64,000 bases of DNA from Candidatus Eiseniibacteriota bacterium (GTDB lineage Bacteria; Eisenbacteria; RBG-16-71-46; CAZAMP01), in assembly GCA_965224245.1 (NCBI GenBank), contig OZ245046.1, positions 32,001 through 96,000 of the forward strand, written 5' to 3'. The first letter of the stretch is position 1. The number at the start of each line of letters is the position of its first letter. This document shows positions 1 through 9,173 of the stretch, piece after piece. A program made the position numbers and the translations under genes. Below the pieces are notes generated by a model. It made no database searches. It saw only the letters and a program-made list of their open reading frames with translations, and was not told where the DNA came from.

Positions 1-240
1 GGTCACGTACCTGCTGGAGGCCCCGTGGAGTTCTACGAGATCGGGGATCCGAGCCACACGACCATCGCGACCCTGGATGCGGCGGAGGTCTTCGTGGTGG
101 CTGGTGACGGCCCGATTCCCGTGCCGCCATCTGCCGAAGCGGCGCTGGTCCCGGTTCGTTTCACTCCCAACCCCGCGACGACCGGCGGTGTCTTCTCGTA
201 CATGGTGAGGGACACGCCGGTGAACATCGCCATACCAGCA
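1..240 (+). pseudogene. 3' part of a secreted protein entering from the left edge; its FlgD/T9SS-like C-terminal domain appears truncated
   Basis: Frame 1 reads ...VPVRFTPNPATTGGVFSYMVRDTPVNIAI, the start of the PNP-type C-terminal domain seen in six other genes here. The expected YDVxGRxVR...GVY half is missing and the frame runs on into unrelated sequence to 528. Confidence 0.45.
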
Positions 241-244
241 GTCG

Positions 245-262
245 ATGATGCAAACGCATCAT
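245..262. promoter_or_regulatory. palindrome ATGATGC-aaac-GCATCAT (copy 1 of 4), candidate activator site
   Basis: Perfect 7-bp arms; followed by TGGGCG(262-267)-17 bp-TAGAGT(285-290). Confidence 0.6.
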
Positions 263-411
263 GGGCGGGTGCGCGCCCCTTGCGTAGAGTGCAGCGGTAC
301 GAGCGGCCAACCCTCGCCTTGCTGGGTCTGCGTTCCGAGCAGTCGAGAAGACGAAGTGCCGCCCCAGCGCGACGAGTCGCCGCGGTTCCTTCCGGGAAAG
401 GGGTGGAATCT

Positions 412-1547
412 ATGAACACCTTCGCGTCCATGGCTGCAATCGCGGCGATCACTCTCGCCATCGGCGTCGTTCCTTCGGAGTCGGTGGTGAGCGCGTCATC
501 GGTCGAGGGTTTCCCGATGCGTCGATGACCCTCTACCCGATGACCTACGCCATCACCGGACCCAAGGAGAAGTACCGAGACTTCTACGATCGCATGATGG
601 GACCGGCCGGCCGGCGAACCTTCGACGTGATCGAGCAGCTCGACGACCTTCTCGCCGACCGGGGCTACGACAGGTGTGACATCTCAGATGTCTCTTTCGA
701 CTTTGCCCGAGAGCAGGATGGTCGAGTCGATCGTGCCGCGACCTTCGGGACCTTCGTCGGTGAGCAGGAACTCGCCACGGACTACGCGCTGTGTGTCGAC
801 GTGGTCGTTCATCTGGAGAAGAGCTGGCAAGAGGTCTACGCCGTGATGGTCGATGCCGGCGGTCGCGTCGTCTGGCAGGACAGCCGGAGGCCCGGCGATT
901 CCGCCTTCGACCAGTACATGACGGGCGGACCCGAGAAGGCCTGCGTCCTCGTGAGCGAGATGCTGGTGCCGGTCATGGGTCTGGATCAGCTCTCGCCCCC
1001 GGAGCTCTCGGCAGCGAGGAAGCAGGCGCTCGAGCAGATACGTGCGGAGGAGCCGCCGGATCGAGGGGAGCTCGACGCCATGGAGGAGCGTCTGACCTCG
1101 ATGAAGGCGGCCGGCCCGGCGGCCACCGTGACCGTCTACCCACCCCGCGTACAAGGAGAGAGGACGGACGCAGGCGGAGCCACCAGCATTGCGACAGCTC
1201 TGACCGAGGCCGAGCTCTGCACGGCGACGGCGGCGACCGACGGCCCCCTCCTCGAGGGCGCGGGCTGGACCAGCGAGCCCAAGGTACTCTGGCTCTACGC
1301 CAACGCTGCGAAGGGCTACGTGCACGAGCACCCGCCGGCCAGCGACTACGTCCTCTTCGCGGACTACTGGATGGCGCCCAGCGGGGACGTGTGGGCCGTC
1401 CACTTCGTCGTTCTGGACCGCGACGGCGAGTGGGTCCTCGTCGATCTTCAGAACGACCACCACCCGGACTTTCGACGCATCGCGCATACCACCATCGAGG
1501 AGTGCAACGAGCTCGTCGTCGCGAGGATGAAAGCCAGGACTCGATGA
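412..1547 (+). CDS. secreted hypothetical protein with two related alpha/beta domains, split into a signal-peptide ORF (412-528) and a main ORF (525-1547)
   Basis: 412-528 encodes MNTFASMAAIAAITLAIGVVPSES (signal-like). A -1 shift at GGGTTTC (507-513) joins it to the 340-aa ORF. The two ORFs also overlap by ATGA. Confidence 0.65.
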
Positions 1548-2187
1548 CCACACATGCCGGAAAACGGCGTGCCGGTCGAAAGCCTCGCCATCCCGTGGGT
1601 GATCGGCGTTGCAGGTGCAGAACGACGTAGCGCACTTCGCGGAGAGCCCGTACTGGGTATCCTCATTCGATCCGGAGGGCTCTCCGGGTGAGGTCGACAC
1701 GGGCGGTGTACGTCTCCACGTCGCCGGCCGGCACCTGTAGTCGACTGCATTCACTCGACCACACAAGTGACGACCGACACACCCATCCCGACGATCACGT
1801 TTCATCAGAAGCTCGACCGCGCCGTGGATCCCGGTCCACACGGCCCGCACGGCCCGTGACGGACTCGTGGGCTCGTCGCGGCATCGACGGCTGCTCGAGT
1901 TCCACGATCGGAGAGGAGCGCGAAACTCGATCGATCTTTCGATACCACGGGATCAAGAAAGAGAACACTCCCGTTAGAAACAGACGACACCCTGACCGAA
2001 CCGCGCGCGCCATGACCGCAATCGAACTCCGAGGCGACGGCAAGGTCCCTGGCCTTCCCCGGGATGGGATCGAGCGATGCGCCACGTGTCCACCGGACGT
2101 GCGGTCGAGGACTCGATCGTCCGATCCGGCAACCGATCCCCGGTCTCGATCGGGGGTCATCGTCCCAGCTTCGAGGAGAGCCAGACC

Positions 2188-3333
2188 ATGCGCCGACTCA
2201 CTATGCTCCTGGGTGTGACGACCCTGTCAGCAGGCGTGCTCGCGAGCTGCGATCGCGAATCCACGATCACGTCGCCCGCCGACCAGACGCAGGCTCGTGA
2301 CGCGATCATGGCCACGACGGGGGCCGTGTTCACGATGACGAACGCAGCCGACGGCAACGAGATCATCCAGTTCGCCCGCGGTGCGGACGGATCCCTCGTC
2401 GAGGTGGATCGTGTCTCGACCGGCGGCCTCGGGACCGGCGGTGGACTCGGCAACCAGGGTGGCGTCGTTCGTTCGCAGAGCGGGAACGATCTCTTCACCG
2501 TCAACGCCGGCAGCAACCAGGTGGCTGCACTTCACCACGGAGGCGGCCTCCTGACGCTCGTCGACGTGGCCGACACCGGAAACGACAACCCGATCAGCGT
2601 CACGACGTCGGGGGACCTCGTCTACGTCGTGAATACCGGCACCGATGCCGTGGCCGGCAGCATCACCGGCTTCCGGTATGACGGGAGCCAGCTGACGCCG
2701 ATCGCGGGCTCGACGAGGATGCTCAGTGGCGTGGGATCCGCGCCGGCGCAGATCGAGTTCTCACCGGCCGGGGATGCGCTGGTGGTGACCGAGAAGGCCA
2801 CCAACCAGATCCTCGTCTTCCCGGTCGCGTCGGACGGCGTCGCTGGCGACGCGGTCATCAACGCATCGGAGGGAATGACCCCGTTCGGCTTCACGTTCAC
2901 CCGGAAGGGCCGGCTTCTCGTGTCCGAGGCCTTCGGCGGCATGGAAGGGCTCAGCGCGGCCTCGTCCTATGAGCTGCTGGGGACCTCCCTCGTGCCGATC
3001 TCCTCGTCGGTGCCGAGCGGCGAGTCGGCCGCGTGCTGGCTCATCGGCAGCGTGAACGAGCGCTACGCGTACGTCACGAACACCCGCTCCGGGTCAGTGT
3101 CGTCCTACACGATCGAGCCCGATGGCGGCCTGTCGCTTCTCGATGCCCAGGCGTCGGTCATCGACGGCTCGCGTCCCCTGGATGCCGTCTTCAGCCGGAA
3201 CGGACGGTACCTGTTCGTCCTGCGGAACGGCTCGCACGAGATCGGCGCCTATCGCGTGAACGCCGACGGCGGTCTCGCGGAGCTGACGGCCATCTCGGTT
3301 CCGGAGGGTGTGAACGGCCTCGCCGCCTTCTGA
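2188..3333 (+). CDS. lactonase-family (6-phosphogluconolactonase-like) beta-propeller lipoprotein
   Basis: RBS GAGGAG; lipobox VLAS-C; motifs GAVFTMTNAADGNEI, STGGLGTG, PAQIEFSPAG, PFGFTF, AACW. Confidence 0.85.
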   Translation: MRRLTMLLGVTTLSAGVLASCDRESTITSPADQTQARDAIMATTGAVFTMTNAADGNEIIQFARGADGSLVEVDRVSTGGLGTGGGLGNQGGVVRSQSGNDLFTVNAGSNQVAALHHGGGLLTLVDVADTGNDNPISVTTSGDLVYVVNTGTDAVAGSITGFRYDGSQLTPIAGSTRMLSGVGSAPAQIEFSPAGDALVVTEKATNQILVFPVASDGVAGDAVINASEGMTPFGFTFTRKGRLLVSEAFGGMEGLSAASSYELLGTSLVPISSSVPSGESAACWLIGSVNERYAYVTNTRSGSVSSYTIEPDGGLSLLDAQASVIDGSRPLDAVFSRNGRYLFVLRNGSHEIGAYRVNADGGLAELTAISVPEGVNGLAAF

Positions 3334-3507
3334 TCCAGCGCCAGGCACGAGTCGCTGAGCGGGGCCTCCGACGCCGGTCGCGGTGCGGGGTTCCGCTTGG
3401 CGACTGACGGCTCCTCGTCACCGATGACCCACCTTCGTCGCTCGGCCATCCGTGTGCGCACCACGATCGGAGGACCGCGTGCGGTCGGTCACACTGCTTC
3501 CGCTCCA

Positions 3508-3525
3508 GTGGTGCACTTGCATCAT
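3508..3525. promoter_or_regulatory. degenerate palindrome GTGGTGC-actt-GCATCAT (copy 2 of 4)
   Basis: Two mismatches in the left arm; followed by TTGCCG(3525-3530)-17 bp-TAGCCT(3548-3553). Confidence 0.55.
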
Positions 3526-3599
3526 TGCCGGTCTGGCGGCGTCCCACTAGCCTCGATCGTGACCAGGTCGATTCGTGTACGACCTCACGGGAACGTCGC

Positions 3600-4136
3600 G
3601 TGCGACTGCCGATCCTCCTCATTGCGCTGGTCTCGACGTCCATGCACTGCGCGGGCCGGTCCGTCCCCCGGTCCGGCGACCTCGTCCGGATCACGACGGA
3701 CGAGGACGGGCAACAGATTCTGGAAGGAACGCTCGCGTGGATCCGGAACGACACGCTGGCGGTGAGAACCGACGGAGGCCTGAGACACGTCGCCTCGAAC
3801 GCCGTCGGCCAGCTCGAGCTGCTCACGTCAGGCAACCACGCGGCGCGAGGCGCTCTCGTCGGTGTCGGGGTGGGCGGCCTCGTCGCGGTCTCCGTCGCGA
3901 TGAGCGCCGAGAGCGCCGGGCCGGGCGGTGGAGCGGTCATCCCCGTGGTCTTCCTCAGCCTTCCGGCCGGCTGGATGGTGGGCGCCACGGTCGGTGCGTT
4001 CGTGCGGCGCGACCTCTGGATCGTCGTCGATCATCGCGGTGGACGGCTGGAGGTCGAGCCGAGGATTCCCGAGCCTCCGCCCGTGGCCGAGCCACCGGAA
4101 CCCACACGAATCCGGCGGGGTCGCCGAAGGCGGTGA
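3600..4136 (+). CDS. hypothetical membrane protein or lipoprotein with a glycine-zipper hairpin
   Basis: GTG start, hydrophobic leader ending SMHC, GALVGVGVGGLV and GWMVGATVGAF segments, Pro/Arg-rich tail. Confidence 0.65.
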   Translation: MRLPILLIALVSTSMHCAGRSVPRSGDLVRITTDEDGQQILEGTLAWIRNDTLAVRTDGGLRHVASNAVGQLELLTSGNHAARGALVGVGVGGLVAVSVAMSAESAGPGGGAVIPVVFLSLPAGWMVGATVGAFVRRDLWIVVDHRGGRLEVEPRIPEPPPVAEPPEPTRIRRGRRRR

Positions 4137-4193
4137 CCTCGTCGAGAGAAGACGACGGTCGAGCTGACCGTCGATGGGGGCGAGCGACTCCAA

Positions 4194-4211
4194 ATGATGC
4201 ACTCGCATCAT
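4194..4211. promoter_or_regulatory. palindrome ATGATGC-actc-GCATCAT (copy 3 of 4)
   Basis: Perfect arms; identical over 19 bp to the copy at 42089-42107. Confidence 0.6.
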
Positions 4212-4406
4212 GGCGTGGACGAGCGGCGCTAGCGCAACATGAGTGTGCCGACCGAGACCTCGTGACGATCCACGCCTGAGGGCGATCGTGGCGTGGGCAC
4301 GCCATGGCATGGTCCACGGGCGGCACGGGTAGCGAAATCGTGGCGAGCAGACAGAGTCTCACATCCGCGCGTTGCAGGGGTCGTCTGCGTCTCAGGAGGT
4401 GTCTTC

Positions 4407-5120
4407 ATGCGTCTCGCCAGGGTCTTGGTTGCGACCGGTTCGCTCATCGTCATCGCCGCTTCGGCTTCCGCGAATCCACCGCTCGAGGGGGAGTACTCCA
4501 GCACCGCCGGTGACATTCTGGAAGGGCGGGGCTCGGAGTCCTGGCCCGGAGGCTCCGACTTCGAGGTCGGCGATGCGCTCAATCTGGAGTCGTGGGACGG
4601 ATCGGAACTCGGGACCGAGTGGTACATTCGCTGTCCGGCCATCTGTGATGACCCCGAGCTCCTGGTGGACACCGTCGACGGGGCCGGAAACGGGTTCCAG
4701 ATCTGGCAGAGCTACTACTGCGGCGGGGTCCTGTGGCTCAACGGTGACGGTGGTGAGCCCTGGTCGGGTGGAGCGGACGAGTACGTGGCCGACATCGACG
4801 TCCTGATCCAGATCACGACCATTCAGTTCGTCGCGTTCGAACCGGTAGGCTGGGTGACCGATCTCAACATGAACGGCGTGTTCTCGGAGTACGGCCCGTC
4901 CTGCATCGAGCTGTTTCTGGCCAACACCGAGCGGGTGGGCGACACCGCGACCGGGGACTTTCCTGCCGGCTATCCCGACCTCGTGGGGGGCGCCGAGTGC
5001 TCGGCCGAGGACATGGGTAGCGCGTGGGACGTGGAGGACATCACCATGAGCATCATCGGTCCCTGCGTCACGCCCACCGAGAACGTCACCTGGGGCAAGA
5101 TCAAGAACACGTACCGCTGA
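4407..5120 (+). CDS. secreted acidic hypothetical protein with C-terminal TENVTWGKIKNTYR tail
   Basis: RBS AGGAGGT; signal peptide ending ASA; followed by a terminator. Confidence 0.85.
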   Translation: MRLARVLVATGSLIVIAASASANPPLEGEYSSTAGDILEGRGSESWPGGSDFEVGDALNLESWDGSELGTEWYIRCPAICDDPELLVDTVDGAGNGFQIWQSYYCGGVLWLNGDGGEPWSGGADEYVADIDVLIQITTIQFVAFEPVGWVTDLNMNGVFSEYGPSCIELFLANTERVGDTATGDFPAGYPDLVGGAECSAEDMGSAWDVEDITMSIIGPCVTPTENVTWGKIKNTYR

Positions 5121-5139
5121 CCGGAACGCCGCTCAGGGC

Positions 5140-5176
5140 GAGGCGTCGGGGGCCACCCCGGCGCCTCTTTCGTTTT
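5140..5176 (+). terminator. rho-independent terminator
   Basis: GAGGCGTCGGGG-gcca-CCCCGGCGCCTC stem followed by TTTCGTTTT. Confidence 0.8.
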
Positions 5177-5249
5177 GGCGCTGCGGCCACCGGTGATCGG
5201 TCGAGTCGCTTGACCTCGAGGTGGGCGAGAGTGGTCAGATCGATGGCGT

Positions 5250-5264
5250 TGGTGTCACAATTGC
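5250..5264 (+). promoter_or_regulatory. possible sigma-54 (-24/-12) promoter of the U32 gene
   Basis: TGGTGTCACAATTGC has GG and GC 12 bp apart with TTGC, but lacks the canonical CAC. Confidence 0.3.
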
Positions 5265-5294
5265 GCAGGTGATGTCCTCGAATCGGAGATACAC

Positions 5295-7412
5295 GTGCGC
5301 GAGCGGTCCATCGAGCTGGCCATCATCGCCCCCGACGGGGTGAGCCCGACGTCGATCGAGGGGCCCGAGCCGGACCTTCTCCGCACGGCTGGCCCCGGTC
5401 TACCCGAGCTTCCGATCTCACGGCTGCACCTGGGAAGCGAGCTGTGCGAGCAGCGACTCCCCACGGTGTCCGAGCTCGCACCCGGAGTCGCGGCGGCCCG
5501 CGAGCGGGGTCTGGCCGTGACGCTCGTGACACCTCCCGTGACGGACGTGGGGCTGAACCGGGTGCGCCGATTGCTCGATCACCTCTCCACGCTGGGTGAC
5601 GAGACGATCGAGATCGTGGCCAACGACTGGGGAGTCCTCTACGAAGTCGCCGGGAGACGACCGACCTTCGAGCCCGTCCTCGGTCGCCTGATGACCCCCA
5701 CGTTGCGCGATCCTCGGCTGGGCCACCGGCTCGTGGCCGCGATGGGGCTGCCGGAGGCGGTGCGCGAGGCCTTCCGGGCCACGCGCGTGGGGAACCCTCA
5801 CTTCGCCGACATGCTCACCACGTTCGGCGTCTCACGGATCGAGCTCGACAATCTGGTGCAAGGCGGGCCGCCGGATCTCTCCGGCACCCGCTTCCGCGGA
5901 TCGCTGCACCTGCCGTGGGGCGTCGTCGCGACCGGACGCCTCTGTCGCATGGCCGACGGGCCCGGCAGGGACCCGGGCGACGTCTCGCATCCGGCCTGCA
6001 GCCGTCCCTGCGCCGCCATCGGGTTCGACCAGGGCACCGTTCCCGGCGGCTCGAGGCTGATGGAGGTCGGCAACACGCTGTTCTTCCGGACTCCCGACGA
6101 GGGGATCCTCGCCGCGATCCGCGATGCGCCCGCCCGCGGCATCGATCGACTTCTGGTCACCCCGTCGGCGCCGCTGTCCGGAAGCCGGCGCCCTGTGGCC
6201 ATCGGCGACGGATCGGAGCGGCCGCGCCGTCCTCTCCGCTCGCGAGCGTCCCGCGCGCCCCGGGCCACCGCATCCCCGACGCCACCCCGGCTGGCGGCCC
6301 CCATCGGAGCCCTCGAGGAGCTGCCGATGCTGGTGGGCGCGGGAGCCGACGAGCTCTACACCGGTCTGGTGCCGCCCGAGTGGTCTGCGCGTTTCACGCA
6401 CGCGGTGTGGTCCAACCGTCGGAGTCCCGGTGGCGGGAACCTCACCCGATGGGAGGACCTGGAGGTGCTGGTCCGAGACGCGCACGCGCGTTCGATGCCG
6501 GTCGGGCTGGCCCTGAATGCACCCCATCACGAAGGGCGCCGCCTGGAGGCGATGGTCGAGCTGGCCGAGCGGGCGACCGAGATCGGCGTGGATGCGTTCA
6601 TCGTCACCGATCCCGGCCTCCTCGCCGCGCTTCGCTCGCGCGGCGTGAGCACCGAGCTTCGGGTCAGCTCCGTGGCGGCGGCACACAACCGGTCGGCGAT
6701 CTCGTTCTACGCCGAGCTGGGTGTCCGGCGCATCATCCTGCCGCGCCACGTGACCCTCTCTGAGGTCGCGACGATGGTGGCGGCGTTCCCGCGATTGGAC
6801 TTCGAGGCGTTCGTGATGAACGACCAGTGTCCGTTCGAGGAAGGGTTCTGCTTCACGCAGCACGAGATCGGCGGTCTGGAGACACTGTGTCAGGCGCGTC
6901 CGGCCGGACGTCCGGTCGCTCTAGAGCTCGGTGGCGAGATCGCTCCCGAGACACGGGCCCGCTGGGAGTCGCGGTGGAGCGACTACCGCCGGTGGCTCGA
7001 CGCATGTACGGGCCATCCCGGGCGTCAATCGCCCACCGGCGCGCATCTGGGGACGTGCGGGCTCTGCGCGCTACCGGGGCTCGCGTCGGCCGGCGTACAC
7101 GCGGTGAAGGTCGTGGGCCGTGAGGCCGACGCGTTCCGAAAGCTCCGCAGCGTGCAGATGGTACGCCGCGTCCTCGATCGCATCGGCGAGGGGGCGCGGC
7201 CCGAGGACGTGCATGCGCTGGCCCGGGAGATCCGCGGCACCCCCGCCGAGTGTGAGATCGGCGTCAGCTGCTACTACCCTTCCGCGCGGACGCTCACCAC
7301 CTGGCGGATACGGCGAGCTTCGGTCCACGACGAACGCAGTCCGGGCATCGCGATGACTCGGGTCATCGGCGCCCACCCACGTGCCGACGAGGATCAGCGT
7401 ACACGTGAATGA
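5295..7412 (+). CDS. U32-family Fe-S protein with two fused U32-like domains (UbiV-like N-half, UbiU/TrhP-like C-half)
   Basis: N-half: LHLGSELCEQRLP, EIVANDWG, RLC...CSRPC, GNTLF. C-half: LAAPIG..GADELYTG, DAFIVTDPG, RIILPRH, C-X6-C (CPFEEGFC), CGLC, VKVVGR. The halves are joined by a Pro/Arg linker. Confidence 0.85.
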   Translation: MRERSIELAIIAPDGVSPTSIEGPEPDLLRTAGPGLPELPISRLHLGSELCEQRLPTVSELAPGVAAARERGLAVTLVTPPVTDVGLNRVRRLLDHLSTLGDETIEIVANDWGVLYEVAGRRPTFEPVLGRLMTPTLRDPRLGHRLVAAMGLPEAVREAFRATRVGNPHFADMLTTFGVSRIELDNLVQGGPPDLSGTRFRGSLHLPWGVVATGRLCRMADGPGRDPGDVSHPACSRPCAAIGFDQGTVPGGSRLMEVGNTLFFRTPDEGILAAIRDAPARGIDRLLVTPSAPLSGSRRPVAIGDGSERPRRPLRSRASRAPRATASPTPPRLAAPIGALEELPMLVGAGADELYTGLVPPEWSARFTHAVWSNRRSPGGGNLTRWEDLEVLVRDAHARSMPVGLALNAPHHEGRRLEAMVELAERATEIGVDAFIVTDPGLLAALRSRGVSTELRVSSVAAAHNRSAISFYAELGVRRIILPRHVTLSEVATMVAAFPRLDFEAFVMNDQCPFEEGFCFTQHEIGGLETLCQARPAGRPVALELGGEIAPETRARWESRWSDYRRWLDACTGHPGRQSPTGAHLGTCGLCALPGLASAGVHAVKVVGREADAFRKLRSVQMVRRVLDRIGEGARPEDVHALAREIRGTPAECEIGVSCYYPSARTLTTWRIRRASVHDERSPGIAMTRVIGAHPRADEDQRTRE

Positions 7413-7951
7413 ATGAAGTCGACCGTCAGTGCGAGCTGGACCGCGTTGTTGATCCGACCGGATGCCAAGAGCGGCCGCTCTCTTGCTCCGACGCTGAGGC
7501 CGAAGGTCCTTGCCGGTCGCCATTGCAGGCCCGCTTCGGCGAACGCAGACGCAAGCAGTCCGGAGTATCGCTCGACGCCGAGCCCTGCGCCGCCCGTCAC
7601 GAACGGCTGGATCGTTCCCGGAGAGCCGAAGTACCGTCGGTAGAGACCCGTGAATTCTGCCCAGATCAAGCCGTCACCATCTCCGGTCACGCTGTTCCCA
7701 CCCACGTTCGCGCTCAGCATTCCGCCGATCACGCCACCTTCGCGCATACCAACGTAAGCTGCTTCCACGCCGGCCCCGACCGCGCTGTCATGGGATCCAC
7801 CGACATCGCCCGCGGAGTACATCGGTCCGCCGCCGAAGCTGAACTGACCTGCACAGCCGGTGAGAAGCAGAGTCCCCAGGGCCAGGCCGAGACCACCGGC
7901 ACACCCACACAGCGCACCCAGACTCGCCGAGTTCGCCTGCTGAGCCCGCAC
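7394..7951 (-). CDS. putative small outer-membrane beta-barrel lipoprotein
   Basis: GTG after AGGGG; LLLTG-C lipobox; alternating Gly/aromatic strands (QPFVTGGAGLG, AFAEAGLQW). Confidence 0.65.
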   Translation of the reverse strand: MRAQQANSASLGALCGCAGGLGLALGTLLLTGCAGQFSFGGGPMYSAGDVGGSHDSAVGAGVEAAYVGMREGGVIGGMLSANVGGNSVTGDGDGLIWAEFTGLYRRYFGSPGTIQPFVTGGAGLGVERYSGLLASAFAEAGLQWRPARTFGLSVGARERPLLASGRINNAVQLALTVDFIHSRVR

Positions 7952-7962
7952 CGCGTGCCCCC

Positions 7963-9173
7963 TTATCTGAACGCGTCCTTGATCCGACTCCAGCTCGTTT
8001 CCACCGTAGCCGTTGCACCACATCCCCGGCCGAGAGCACCGATGAGCTGCCCGCATGGGCTGGCGCCCGGAAGGCACGGCGATGCGCCGTCCAGCGTGTA
8101 GTCCCCGGCCGTCGTCGGAGCGTCGAGGCAGGGAGCCGGATCACAGAAGCGCGTCTCCCTCGACCTGGTCTCCCACGTAGTCGATCGAACCGGATCCCCC
8201 GACCTCGGAGGGGTCGATCACGCAACACGTCAGCGAGGCGCTCCCGGCCACGTACATCTCGTCACCACCGCCGTCCGCACAGTTTCCGCCCACGATGGTT
8301 CGCTCCACGACAGCTTCGCCCCAAAGGCCCACGCTGAGCCCCCCACCACCGTTACTCCCTCGGTTGCCGGCGATCGAACATCCCCGGATCTCCAATCGGC
8401 CCGAGGTCACGCCGACGCCGCAATAGTCATTACCGGTGATGACGCTGTCAGTCAGGAGGGCATCCCCCCCCGATGCTCACTCCAGCGGGGCTAGCCACGG
8501 AACGGTTTCCAGCGATGACCGTGCGAGCGATGCTGATCTTGGGGGACCCACCGGTCCCCGAGTTGAACGAGATCCCTCCGCCCCACTCACCAACGTTGTT
8601 CCCTGTGACCACACAGTCGGTAATGCTCAGACTGGCTCCGCTGGCATTGATCCCACCCCCTGTCGCCTTCCCCGTGACGTTGTCGGAGATGGAGCATTCT
8701 GCGATGATCGCCTCACCGCGCAGGCACCCGATGCCGCCCCCTCCCATGAGGGCCACGTTGCCGATGATCCTGCAGTGGGTGATCGTCGGCGATGCGTCGG
8801 TACACCAGATGCCACCGCCCCCACCGGGGACATGGCCGTTGGTGATCGTGAATCCTGCCACGACGGCGGCATTCGTCTCCCCGTTCTGGAACACGAATCC
8901 CCGATGAGGATCCCCTGAGTTGCCCTCACAGTCGATGGTGGTCACGTCCGGACCGTTCTCCGATCTGACGACGATGTCCTTGCCACCGAAGTCCAGATCA
9001 CGATTCCCGTCGCCGCTGTAGGTGCCGTCCGCCACCAACACGATGTCACCGACGCCGGCGGCATCGATGCCGGCCTGAATCGTGGGATGGTCGGCAGGGA
9101 CGTGAAGGGTCGAGGAGAATACCGGCAGACAGAGAAAGGAAACGAGACAGCCAGCAAGAACGATCGCTCTCAT
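7963..9173 (-). pseudogene. right-handed parallel beta-helix (pectin-lyase-like) secreted protein interrupted by two frameshifts
   Basis: TLHVPADHPTIQAG..VLVADGTYSGDGNRDLDFGGK start. A G8 tract at 8464-8471 breaks the frame (G7 joins ORF 8141-8410). A second shift near 8148-8152 leads into FCDPAPCLDAPTTAGDYTLDGASPCLPG...GCGATATVETSWSRIKDAFR-stop (TAA 7965-7963). Confidence 0.85.

Noticed and set aside
1548-2187. Long intergenic region as a riboswitch, ncRNA or small gene
   Set aside because: No recognisable riboswitch consensus or convincing ORF by eye; a covariance-model search would be needed.
245-4211. Palindrome copies as integron attC sites or CRISPR repeats
   Set aside because: No RYYYAAC/GTTRRRY ends, no regular spacing, and no integrase or cas gene in the window.
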